DNA of 61,650 nt, filler included, from Sphacelaria rigidula (lineage: Eukaryota), in the NCBI GenBank assembly GCA_964200075.2. It is 3 parts of 3 records of this genome, joined end to end, with 100 filler letters (N's around TTAATTAATTAA, not from the genome) between each part and the next. Parts side by side here need not be neighbours in the genome. Positions count along the whole stretch, not along the records: positions 1 to 20,493 come from CAXNAA020000522.1; 2 more parts are not named here. One strand, given 5' to 3'. Positions 1 through 11,661 of this stretch are shown here, one piece after another. Made by a program: the position numbers and the translations under genes. Each line of letters begins with the position of its first letter. Position 1 is the first letter of the stretch. The notes beneath the pieces were generated by a model that had not been told where the DNA came from, did no database searches, and saw only the letters and a list, made by a program, of their open reading frames with translations.

Positions 1-231
1 TGAATGAGATAAGGGGCTCCTAACAATTCTAATCTCAGAAATTATTTCTCTACCCCTACCGTAGCATCACTCATCAGCGGGTCGAAGGTTTTGGGTCTTT
101 TCGGGTGGCGCCAGCCTACTTGGTTCGGTGAATTGCTGCAGGGATGCAGGTTGTTATGTCATAAAGATGTTATAAACACACACGAAAATGCGAGTCGTGA
201 CGGGTGCTCTCAATAGAGATTAGTTGATTAG

Positions 232-341
232 TCAACCCTTTGACCGCGAGGGTAGGTCACCTGCTGAATTGGCATCGATACTCACTTGGAAAAAATATGC
301 ATGATCCAGACGGACTGCCCGTATCGCGGTCTAGGGGCTAA
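232..341. mobile_element. ~100-bp piggyBac-type MITE, copy 1
   Basis: CCCTTTGACCGCGAG...CGCGGTCTAGGGG inverted ends with degenerate TTAA flanks (TCAA/CTAA); same internal core as the copies at 5062, 25998, 26143, 43754, 46860 and 48183. Confidence 0.75.
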
Positions 342-501
342 GACAAGAGCGCCTTCTGCGCGCACTAGGGGCTCCGCCCCCATTAAAGATCCGGATTTCG
401 GTTTCCACGCTACAACCAAGTGAATCAATTTCATCATACCATACGTATATAAACTTACTGCTTCACGATCATTACTTATCGTGAAAACACATCCCACACC
501 G

Positions 502-850
502 GTCGCCCCGGTGGCTCAGTTGGTAACCTCGTATCCTTCTGACGGTTGAGTTGTGGGGTTCAATTCCCGGAGCAATCTGGGATTTTTTCCTACACCATGC
601 CCAACAGTCGAGAGCGACTATGTCGTGGGTACACAACATTCGACTTAACCGCCGACGAGGGAAAGGGAGTACTGAATCCCTCTCGCGATAAAAAATAAAA
701 AACGCAAGCACCGCAGAAGGAAGGTGGGGAATTGAAAAAAAAAAACTCCTGTGTTGACCTTCCTCCTGTGTGACCCCGGCTGATGCGCCCACATATCCCG
801 AAAGGGGTAGACTGGCGCCCAGAATAAACGGGACGACAATAACAACAACA
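502..850 (+). mobile_element. tRNA-derived SINE, near full length
   Basis: tRNA-like head with A-box TGGCTCAGTTGG and B-box GGTTCAATTCC, unrelated body, (AAC)n tail; second full copy at 39825-40192 (-) and 3' fragments at ~20870, ~37910 and ~41815. Confidence 0.8.
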
Positions 851-1171
851 TGATCCATATCTCCAAAAGATGCGGAACGATTGTTACTAGATTTTTATCC
901 ATAGAATCCGAAAGTCGAGAGTACAACCACGGGATGAGAGTACGGATCGTTACCACCGCGTGACGAAGGTTCTCAACTCGTAGACCAGAACCATCAGTAT
1001 GGAAGTGCGACAGCGGAGAGGGAAAACGTGCTCGGCTCTGCTGTCTCCTTCTCCCACTGTTGCTACTGCGTTTACATTAAGGACCGTTCCGATGTCTGCG
1101 CAGTACTCCCCGCTGAGCATATATTATGAGGACGCTTTCCGTCTAACTATTGTACCCAAAATAAGGCATAA

Positions 1172-1648
1172 GGCAGTTGCTTACAACAGACAAATAAACA
1201 AATATGAAAAAGTGCCTTTTTGGAGCGTCGACGTCGTTTCACGCCCTGAAAGAGAGCTAATTAATGTAGGCGGAGTTCGGCACCTTGGAATGACATGATC
1301 TACTAGTTGAAGCGGGTTCAGGACAACTTCCCGTTTTCCGGTGGCCGCAGTTCTATTTTTGTCAACAAGAATTTTTGTCCAAGAGTGGTCAAGTCCAGAG
1401 GAAAATGGCGATTTTCTCTAGAATTGACCGTTCTTGACCGTTCTTGGGCAAAAAAACATGTTTGGCCAAAATAAAAACTGCGGCCACCAGAGAACGGGAA
1501 GACGTCCTGGAATCGCGTCAACGAGTGTAGAGCAAGTCCTTCCAAGGTGTCAAACTCGATCTAGCTCTATCTTTCACGGCGTATAACGACGTAAAAGCTC
1601 AAAAAAAGGCACTTTTCCACATTTTTATGTTGGTTATAAGCAGCGACC
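1172..1648. mobile_element. Foldback MITE, PIF/Harbinger (Tourist)-like
   Basis: Whole element is an imperfect palindrome centred at ~1410; GG...CC ends; TAA on both sides (1169-1171, 1649-1651); relatives at 10727 and 48682. Confidence 0.75.
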
Positions 1649-2829
1649 TAAGGACCCCCAAAACTATAATCGGACCCAGAAAATCAACGCAGACGCGATT
1701 CAAAATACGAAGAAATGTAGATATTGCTTTCTCTTAACTCTTAATCTCACAAGTTCCAGTGGCGCAGGCGAACGTTTGGGCTTCTGGTGCAACCAAAATA
1801 CGTCACAATGTGTTACTCTGTCCGCGATACTCTACGCGATACCACAGCTGTCAGTATGAGCTACAAGTATAATCTGGCATCCTCAACAAAACCACCGAGA
1901 GTATATGCTGCCGAAGCTTCGATCTAGACCTACCCCGTGACCGTGATGGCAGGTCATCTGGATCATGTGTCTACTTTCCAAGTGATATCGATACCGTTTC
2001 AACAGCTCCTCTCGCTGGCGGTCAATCGAACATGATGCGCCCGGCCGCACCTAGAACATCATTCGTTTCTGATACCAGTGTAAAAAGCAGGAAATATCAA
2101 GCCAATTTTATCCGGTGGATACCGACACCTGGGAAGTGGAGCCTCAGTCGCATTGTTGCATGTGGGACGTCAGCTATACGGCATTTGAATCAAAATCACC
2201 TGCACACAACCATAGCAGAATCCCACCCAGAGGCGATGGCCGACATCAAGCCACGCAAAAAAAGTCGTGAGGTTGGTTGGGTAGGTTTCCTCCTGTTGTG
2301 AACTGAATTCGGAACATATGCCAAAGGTTTTGGCCGCTAGGGAATGTTATCTTGTGAATCGGCATCAACTTTCACCTGGGGAATGAGGGCAGGACCCGGA
2401 TGACTCATTGATCCAGGCCTCTCACAGCATCTAATGCATCCGAAACCCAAATGAACAGTGGACGGATGCTTGAAAAAAGCGAAATATAAAACAGACATGC
2501 ACCCCGGCCTTGCTGCTATATTTGAGATCCTACTCTTAATTGCAGTAAACGGCAGGGTGGGGGTCAGTGAAGGCATCCGACCAGCGGTACAGACACACTC
2601 ACGCGTACAAACGCCACGGGTGCACAGCAAAAGCTTGCGTGACCTAGACACACGGGCCTCTTTGCTAAAGGGGTAGGAGGGCGATCGTTCAACCTGTCGA
2701 TTTCCTTCGTATGCACGGTTTCACGAGGAAAAAGCAGAAGAGAGACCACTGAAGGTGAAACGTAGGGCTGCAGTGGTGCTCTTTCAGGGACGGACGAGCT
2801 GACCAAGAGCTAGCACACATTGCGAAACT

Positions 2830-2923
2830 ATGTTCATGATGACATACGGAGACGGCCACTACGGCGAGGCGAGCTCCCAGCGGGCTTTTGCCGAAGATGC
2901 CGCAGCAAAATGGAACTCGAAAG
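2830..2923 (+). CDS. Probable first coding exon of the TPR gene (MFMMTYGDGHYGEASSQRAFAEDAAAKWNSK-G)
   Basis: ATG after an in-frame stop; phase-1 donor AAG|GTCAGG; joined to 16914 it gives AAKWNSKGNGYMATQNYESALSCFELAL, matching TPR positions W4,G8,Y11,Y17,A20,F24,A27. Confidence 0.55.
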
Positions 2924-4164
2924 GTCAGGTCAAATGCTATGAAAATGAGCATGCTGAGCTGACCAGTACCCGCCGATAAAGATCGAGGCGGTAATGATGT
3001 TTTCAGTTCTGAGCTTACACACATTTCCACGCAACCGTGCAAAGCTTGTAGGTGGATCAAAGGTGAACGAAAGTATTTCCTTCAAACATGTTTTGTCATG
3101 CATGATAGTAGTGCGTGCCCTGGGTGCATGTCTGTGTAGTTTTGCGTAGGGTTGCGCAATGCTGTGGATGCTTTGAATGTTGGACGCAAGAGGTGGCACT
3201 TCTTCACCCTCTGCCACGATGGACCTGGGACTTTTCTCTGGTACCTGTCGTGTACCACTTTCCTTTGAGCGCGTGGAAACCCTTCAAAATTTACGCAGTA
3301 CTACAACAGTACAACAGTGTCTAAACTCTGTACGAGCGTATCATGTCTAGACTCTGTAGTAGAGGGCAAAATCGAGTGCGAGTCATGTTTTCTCTTAGTT
3401 TAGGCCGGCGCTGCATCACTACATAAGCACGCAGAGCGATTGTCACATGAAATTGCTGCACCGTGTTATCATGTGGGCGGTGCTCGTGTCACCCGCAGTA
3501 AGTGTGAGCACGGCTTATCTGGAGTACATCATCGATTTCGTGTGGTAGCTCGGCGTCCTGAGCAAGTTCGGTGTTGGTTCTGAATTAAGTAGACTACTTG
3601 CACTAAGTGTGTACGGCAGAGGGCACGCCCTTGGGTGGTCATGTCGGGTGTCGCAGGTAGCTCGGCCCGCGAGCGGCGCATGTTATAGTACTCGGTACAT
3701 ACCAAAAGCAAAAGATCGCGAATGAGATGGTATGAGCCCAGTCTGTGAGCACGGGGCACGGTGGTATCCTGTGACGTTTTCCCGAAGCAAAAAGTGTGTG
3801 CTGTTGTTGTCGAGTTCACCCGCGCAGCGCCGAGATTAGATGCGTGCGAAGACTTACTGGTTTCAGTACGATATAGACCATCGGATTCGGGCCTCACAAA
3901 CTGTCGTGCAGCGTGCGCATCATGCACGCTCTTGCTCTTCGGCGTCAATTTCGGCGCTGCCAGCACACAGTTCACCTATACCGCACCTCGCAGGCCTCTT
4001 GCCCAAGGTTTCTCGGCGTGTCATGACTTTGGTTCGTGTGCGCGCACATCAGGTTTTCATTGTACTTCGTATGCAATGTAGGGACCACGCATTCGGTCCG
4101 AAATTTGTGAACCAATATACCGGAAAGATATGACTGCTCCTTTCCATATGCATAGATGTACGTA

Positions 4165-4230
4165 CCTCAAACTCGAGATTCCCGATATATTTATCTGCAC
4201 TTGAATATATCGGGAATCTCGAGTTTGAGG
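4165..4230. mobile_element. 66-bp hairpin mini-MITE with TA flanks
   Basis: Perfect inverted arms CCTCAAACTCGAGATTCCCGATATATT with a short loop and TA on each side; related ends at 44335-44535 and ~48050-48125. Confidence 0.7.
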
Positions 4231-4499
4231 TACCTCTCGTAAGTGTTGCCGACAGCGAGTATCGAGTGCCCGACAGAGGCAAGCTTACGCGTGTTCGTGT
4301 CATGACATCACACGGTTGATACATTCTGGATTCAACTCTTACTCGTTCCCTAACCCCAAGCCGAAGCGAACCGAAAACCCTCAAGCAACGGAGATGCGAA
4401 CGGTATCCGAGACGAATGTATGTGCGGCCGAGACTGAAGCAAAGACTCATGCGGTGCGCGCATGATGGGCTCGAGAGGGTTCCCTCCCAAAGATCTGAG

Positions 4500-4630
4500 G
4501 GCGCTTCGCGCTTTGTGATTGAGTGCGAGACTGGTCCGGCGAAAACCCGGCGTGCTCCGTCCCGGCTTTGTAGGGATGCAAGGCCGATGGTCTTGTGACT
4601 ATCGCATGCATGATCGTGAGTACACCCCCC
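4500..4630 (+). mobile_element. C-tailed non-LTR element family B, 3' fragment with TSD
   Basis: Ends ...GCATGCATGATCGTGAGTACACCCCCC; flanked by CCCTCCCAAAGATCTGAG (4482-4499) and CCCCCCAAAAGATCTGAG (4625-4642). Confidence 0.75.
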
Positions 4631-5061
4631 AAAAGATCTGAGTTCAGTACATCGTCGACAAAATCAATTCTGTACATGTCTTTTTCAAACATGAAAAGTT
4701 GACGCTTTCGTAATGACCCGACAATTGTTCTGCTTGCACGGACGATCCTACCTTGGCCATGAGACAAGCTGGCTTCAGTACTCACGGAGTAACAACGTGC
4801 AATACTGGCAGTGCAAAAGAGCCAGCGCAAGAAACAAGTACTGTACTATAGATGCTTCCACGATGCTGGTACGTTGGATCGCTATTCGCTGTCGTGCCCT
4901 CACGTGTGTCTTGCTTTCCTCGCGCCGCCTGAAAACAGTAATACACATCGTTGTTCTCAGGCGTAGCTGCTACTGTGTACTGTACACCATCCGGCGCCCT
5001 CATCCGTTCGGACATGACATCATTTCAGTGCGTCGATGTTCGCATGCCGTGTACCAGTTAC

Positions 5062-5172
5062 TTGACCCTTACACCGCGAGGGTAGTCCTTCTGGATCTGG
5101 ATCATGCATATTTTTTCGAGTGAAATTGATGCCGATTCATCAGATGACCTACTCTCGCCGTCTCAGGGTTGA
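5062..5172. mobile_element. ~100-bp piggyBac-type MITE, copy 2
   Basis: CCC...GGG ends, TTGA on both sides, shared core GATCATGCAT...GAAATTGATGCCGATTCA. Confidence 0.75.
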
Positions 5173-5585
5173 TACACTGTAGTGTCGTCTGTCTGTTGTA
5201 TACCTTGTGTACGAGTACCGGTTCTGAAAACTGGTAGTGACATGCGTCATCACTCGTCACGTGTCACACTTTTCACCGCCGTGACTGTCAGCACTGTGTG
5301 TTCCATCGTTTACCTTCAGCACCGCAACCGTACAGTTGCTATCGTATCTGGGCGCAGCGTGCACTACACCGGCAAATGAACAAAACTCTTGGTATCGGAC
5401 GGACAGTGCTTGGGAGTCATCCTGCGTTGGGGGGGATGAGGGGGATGGGCCACTTCATGCACTTACAAGTCATGTTTTGTTTTGTTGTTTGTCACACTTT
5501 CAACCCATCCCCATTGTCGCGACGAGTCCATGGTATCAAGGGACCAACCCATCTCTCCCCCGTACATGCCGATTCATGCTACGAT

Positions 5586-5990
5586 AGGGCGGGGCATACT
5601 CATTTGTGGATTGCCTTAGTCGTCTGACCATTGGCCATGCACCCTTTTCGAGACGGAGTACCGTGCCACGATAGGTCGGGGGAGGGGGGGGCGTCATCAT
5701 TCGTTGCTTGCCCTAGTCGTTTGATCATTGACGGGGAAGGGGATGGTGTACTCATGATCATGCATGCCATAGTCATCAGACCATTGATCTCGCATCCCTA
5801 CAATGCCGGGACGGAGCACGCCGGGTTTTCGCCGGACCAGGCTTGCACTCAAACCACCAAGCGTGAAGCGCCGTGGTGTGTTCGGCGAGTCGCATGAAGG
5901 GTGAGAGAGAGGCATCCTGCCAAGATTGTTCGGCCCCGAGCCCTACTGATGATCTTGCATTTGAATGACAGCCAACAATGAGTTGCTTTA
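5586..5990 (-). mobile_element. Stack of three C-tailed retroelement 3' ends (two of LINE family A, one of family B)
   Basis: G-runs followed by the reverse complement of the family A 3' end at ~5590 and ~5680, and of family B at ~5735-5990 (similar to 61205-61452). Confidence 0.7.
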
Positions 5991-7986
5991 TTCTGTGGTA
6001 TCGCCACTTCCAGAGACAGCCACGGCTTTTACACTGCCTCGTGGGTGTCTAAGAAGGGGAGGGGGGGGTCATTCCACGAAGAAAAAAAGGGATCATAGGT
6101 GTGTCGGACGACCTGGCACACTCGCGCTGCGTGTGTGTTCGGTATAAATTCTGTAATGTTGTACGACTAAGTGTTACTTACCCATAACTACAGTAGCGCG
6201 TTCAAACAATCGTTGCTCCATTCAACGACGATTTGGAGTGAAATTTTGTGGATGACGTGGCCCAACATACCCCCCCTCCCCCGCCCCTTTCGTTGGATGA
6301 CCCTGCCTTGCACTTGGGTCTCGCAGATTGGATCAGCACTCCCGCACTGCGTTGATTCTCGTCAAACAAACTCAGTCAACCCATTTTCCCACTCATTACG
6401 TCCTCACGCCTTCAACGACGGCAATCAGATACTTTGAAGAATAACACGAATAAAAACGGAACTGACGAGATTGGAACCCGCGTCCTTTCCTCCTTGACGG
6501 TGTTGGTTGTTTCATCACACTATCGGGCCGGGGCGGCTACTTCGGAGGCATTCAATGAACGAGGGGCTGACGATTGGGGCATTTTCTGGCACGAAGGTGC
6601 CATTTTGGAGCATTTTTACAAGCAGCGAATTTCGTGCTCTTGTCATCATTATCATCATGTTCACACGGATTGACATCACTTTCACCCACGTCCAAGAATA
6701 ACGCGTGGTAGAGATCACATATATCATGACGCACTCAGGAATGTACGTACACCTAGCATTGATGTCTTGTCTTACTCTGTATCACCTTGCATCAACCGTT
6801 CAGTGATGCTTTTTGTTGTCCCTGTCCACGCGCTCAAAAGTGGCAGGCTGGAAACCAATGAAAAGGCTATTTATTACTATCGGGTGATCCCACCAATTGA
6901 CCCCACGTAGCCAATTATGTATCAGTCGTCTGACCACGGGGTTGCACAAGTGTATTTCTCCCCGCGTCTTTTTGCACAATACCGTGCGCCCTCTGCTATC
7001 ACTTTGAGGCAGCACTGGCTACTCCCCTACCTGGTAGGTCCCGTTTATATTACTGTCTGTGGATCACAGTGCACGAGGTAGAATGGACAAGAATATAGGT
7101 GGGTACTGCATGAGATGCTGCACAAGCCCCCCCCGTGGTTCATCACAAATTGTGAATACATGTAGGACGGACCTAACACATGAAAACTCCATGAGGGCAG
7201 CTCTTTAGTGGCCAAACTACATGCATATGCCCATACGCGTAAAGTGTCGGCTCCTCCTGCTCCCGAATGACAGCTCACATGGACGATGATTTCCCAGGTG
7301 GATCCCCAAAATGAGGGTTACAAACCTCAGATGGAGGTTACACAACATATGCAAGGCTCGCCATGATTTCGGCCTACAGGGGAGGTAACCAGCGTTTGAC
7401 CTTGCGCGCTGTAACCTGGTAGTTGGCAACCTCCTCACCCGTTTGTTGTCGAGTCTGATGAAGCAGAACAAACCGCACTTCTTATCCGCCTGTGGCGAGG
7501 CACGGTTCTTATTTGGCTGGATCTTATCTTATAATAGGATCATAAGGTCCGAGGTCTCCTCCTCTCAGGCACTAAAGGTTATGACGAAGTCTTCGTCAAA
7601 ACCTTTGCCAGGCATACTTTCTGATCTGTTTCTTGTTGGCGGGTGTTCTTCCGTTTATGTTTTTTTTGTGTCTCGCACTTTGAACCCCTCCCCTCTCTCG
7701 GGGCGAGTCCATGGTCTCAAAGGATCAACTCATCTCTCCGAGCAATGCTACGATAGGTAATCCTGGCGTACTGTCGCATATTTTCATAAGTCGTGTTTTG
7801 GATTAGATAAAGGGCTCCTAACAATTCTAACCTCAGACATCATTTGAGTACCCCTACCGTAGCACCACTCCTCCCCGGCATGCGGGGTTAATTAGTGATT
7901 GTAAAATATCGCGGCATCGTGCTGCAGCGGCTCGCCCAAGTGAAGACCAGCATCTACAAATGCCCCCTGTCCACACGTATTTTTTG

Positions 7987-9162
7987 GGGTATTTCTATTT
8001 CCAGGTCGCGACTTGAAAAATTTTATGTCCAAGTCCAGCTGCGTTTGGATTACCTGCGCGCGTTCACCCCATGTCCCTTACATCGACATCACATGACCCG
8101 GAATACACTTACACAGTCCGTAGACATCGTTCTAGTCATCGCACTGTGAAAACAGCCTCGTAGCGGGCGAAAAACGCGCCTGCATAATGCCAAAAAATAC
8201 CGCCAACCGACTGGAGGTGGACATAGGCTGTGTCCAAGTCCAGCGAGTGGAACGCCTCTCCGCGCTCGTCCCATGTGCCTTGTATCGACACCATAGTAGC
8301 TGCACTGCACTCACACAGCACGTACTAGCGGCGATAACCTGTTGCCCTTCTCGTCGGCAACGCGGCCGCTATCAATCATAAGCATATAATTCCGTGCTCC
8401 CATGCCCTCAGCCAACGTAGCCCATGTCCAAGTTGTTCAAGTCGCGTTCTAGGCAAAAAGAGCTGTGTCCAAGTCCAGTCCGGTGCATGTATTTTTTGGC
8501 AGTGTGTGCGGCAGGCGCGTTTCTCGTCCGCTACGACGCCGTTTGCACCCCACGATGGCTTGGACCGTGGCTACGGACTGTGTGAGTGTAGTGAGGCTGT
8601 TGTGTATCGATGCGAGGCACATGGTACATGGGACGAGCGCGGACAGGTAGTCCACTCGCTGGACTTGGACATAGCTTGTGTCCAACTCAAGTCGGGTGGC
8701 GGTATTTTTGGTACTGTGTGTAGCAGGCGCATTTCTCGTCCCGCTATGACGCCGTTTGCACCCCACGGTGGCTTGGACGATGGCTACGGACTGTGTGGGT
8801 GTATTGCAGCTGCTGTGGTGTAAGCCACACGGGACGAGCGCGGACAGGTATTCCACTCGCTGGACTTTGACATGAGCGATGTCCAAGTCTCTCATGCACT
8901 TCACGACTTGGACGTGGCCTGTGTCCACCTCCAGTCGGTTGGCGGTATTTTTTGGCACTGTGCAGCAGGCGCGTTTCTCGTCCGCTACGAGGCCATTTGC
9001 ATCGTGCGATGGCTTGAACGATGGCTACGGATTGTGTGAATGTATTTCGGGTGTTGTGGTGTCGATGTAAGGCACATGGGACGAACGTGGGCAGGTGGTC
9101 AAATCGCAGCTGGACTTGGACATGAATTTTTTTCAAGTCGCGACATGGAAATAGCAATACCC
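7987..9162. mobile_element. Foldback/Mutator-like non-autonomous element with tandemly repeated long TIRs
   Basis: Left arm GGGTATTTCTATTTCCAGGTCGCGACTTGAAAAA... is the reverse complement of the right end; arms made of ~205-bp units; flanks TATTTTTTG / TATTTTTCA resemble a 9-bp TSD. Confidence 0.8.
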
Positions 9163-10726
9163 TATTTTTCATCGACTGCGACCACGTCCACGCCTTCACG
9201 GTTGACCCGTCTCACGACATGAGTGGCTGCTCTTTCAGCACCGGGCAAGTTGCATCTACAGGTGGAAACTAGAGACGAGACTGGCCATCTAGGTGTCACA
9301 GATGAAATAATATACAGGTGGACGTTACACCTCGATATGTGCATGTCGGCATGTATCGTGTGCATGGAAAATGGATGGTCAGAACAGTTATCTTTGCGAC
9401 ATGTGCGCTCTGCTCTATGCGCATGGGCGCTACACGCGAAAGAGTGTCAAGGCGCGATTGAGAAATCCGCCTTTTGACGTCGTAGATACACCGGGTTTTT
9501 TGTGAAAGTATTTCCAACCGGTGAGGTCTCGCGAATCTCTACAGAATGCACTCGAACTCGACTACTTTACGTAGCTAAGCCTATCCCTAAACCCGCTATT
9601 ATATGTGCGTCTCGCATGCGTTGGAGCCCGTCCAGGCCATGTGCGTTGTTGGTAGGAAAAGTCTAGGCCGATATGCGTTCCGCGGCTGGATATCTGAGCT
9701 ACCTCCTTCGCTAAGCGCATACTGTAGTAGGGCTAGCTGCGTGTAGAGGCTTTCAGTCTTGAGCTTATTTGCCTCGGTAGTGAAGATTTAGGCTGGTTTG
9801 TCCATGATTGGTCACCAGTTTTTCCATCTCCTTGATCGCCAGGGTAGGTTATCTGGGTAATAGTCATAATTCAGGTCAAAGTGATGATGAAGAGTCAACA
9901 GCTGACAGGTGACCCACCCTGACCGTTGAAGGGTCAATTGTAGCGATAGCTGCGCTTGTGAGTTTGTGCACCCGGGTGTTGAATACGGGTGGGCAAATCT
10001 CCACACGCAACACCCTTTGGAACGATGTATGTTGTGTACCGAGCGGCGTAAATAGCACTTCTCGAAATAACCGACCTCGAAAAATGTATCTGTCCGGTAC
10101 AAAATAATGGTCTGCGGTAGTCCATATTATCATCTCCGTGCTGAGTCTGCACCCTTCGCGTACACCCCATGGCTATGACTCAGCCAAGCTGACCAAAAGA
10201 GGTTCTCTTGGTGAAGATTCCTAGCTTCCTCTTTTCATGCATGCACTCCTGTATTGTTCTGCATTATTGGTACTGTCAAGGACGTAGTAGATGCATTAAG
10301 AGCTGCTGCCTCATGGTCTTGCATTTTAGTGCAATTTTAATCTGGGATGTGGATATTCCAGATGCACGCCCATCTGGAAATATCCGTCTCGGATATAAAC
10401 GTCAGTGGCAGGAAGAGTTTGTTCGAGTGAGTTTATTTGGCGACAGTCGACGCGGTGCGGGAGCGCTGATCCAATACGCGGGATCGGAATGTAAGGCCTG
10501 TACCGGGGCAGAGATGGGTTGATTCCTTGAGACAACGGATATATTGTCACGAGAGCGATCGGGGTGCCCCCCCGTGCTCTGCGGGGTTCCGGTGGGTAAT
10601 TTTCGTGGTGGGATACTTTTCAGAATTTTCTCGTGTACAAAAGTTTTCAGCTGGAGCGGGGGATTTTTCAAGGTCTTCATAGTCGGCGATTTTCAGTATA
10701 ATGGTGTTTTCGCGTGCCACCCGTCA

Positions 10727-11169
10727 GGCCGCTGCTAGTGGGAGCAAAAAGAAGCCCTGAAAAAACGCAATTTTGATCCTCCGTAATACGTCCTATACGA
10801 GAGAGCTAGATGGAGTTTGACACCTTGGAGAGACTTGCTCTACTCGTTGAGATGGTTCCAGGACACCTCGCGCTTTTCGGTGGCCGCGATTTTATTGGCT
10901 CAACCTTTTTTTGTCCAAGAAGTGTCAAATCTAGGGGGAAACTGTCATTTTTCTCTGGACTTGCCCGTCTCTGGACGAAAATGCTTGTGTGGCCAAAAAA
11001 ATCTACGCCCACCGGGAAACGCGGAGGTGTCCTTGGACCTTATAAACGAGGAGAGCAAATCATCCCGAGGTATCAACCTCCGCCTACCTCTCTTTTACGT
11101 CGTAGAGCGACGAGAAAGGGTCAAAAACACATTTTTACAGGACTTTTGATGTTTGCCATAAGGACGGCC
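10727..11169. mobile_element. Foldback MITE, PIF/Harbinger-like, copy 2
   Basis: GGCCG...CGGCC ends, TCA on both sides, palindromic body similar to 1172-1648. Confidence 0.7.
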
Positions 11170-11661
11170 TCATCCCAGTGAACGGTTGGTCCCAAATTTT
11201 GGAAATGAGAGATACTAGGTATAACTCCACGTTCCGAAATAAAGTCATTATCTCTACATTCAATTTTGACCGACTCACGGCCTGGCCGGATATCGCGGGT
11301 CCTGTGACTACCCAGCCCCTAGTTTTGACCCTTGGGTATTTTGCTTTATTAAAGCAATCCCGATCGCTCTCATGAACAAACGAAAATGATTTATTTTTAC
11401 TTTCACCTGTTCATTGCGCTATAGCTGGCAAACATTGTGTTTTTTAACCAGTGACGGTCGATAACACCCCCTTTTGGACGAAGTACATCGTCCGAGTCAC
11501 GTCGACAACACCAATTGAGGACTGCGTAATGAGCACGTCTTGCTTCGTCATCCAATATATACCGACGCAAGGACTCTCGAGTGCTAAGGAAGAATACAAC
11601 ACGAGAAGATTCAGCAGAATACCCAGCTACAAAAATCGCCTAACCGAGATTTGCATGACAC

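Noticed and set aside
502-575. tRNA gene
   Set aside because: The cloverleaf is imperfect and continues into a multi-copy SINE body, also at 39825-40192.
6800-7640. Decayed transposase on the minus strand (likewise ~37550-37900 and ~44550-44960)
   Set aside because: Only vague motif resemblance across frameshifts; cannot be supported without a search.
7987-9162. CRISPR-like array of regularly spaced dyads
   Set aside because: Sequences between the dyads are homologous to each other rather than unique spacers, the arms are inverted, and no cas-like ORF is present.
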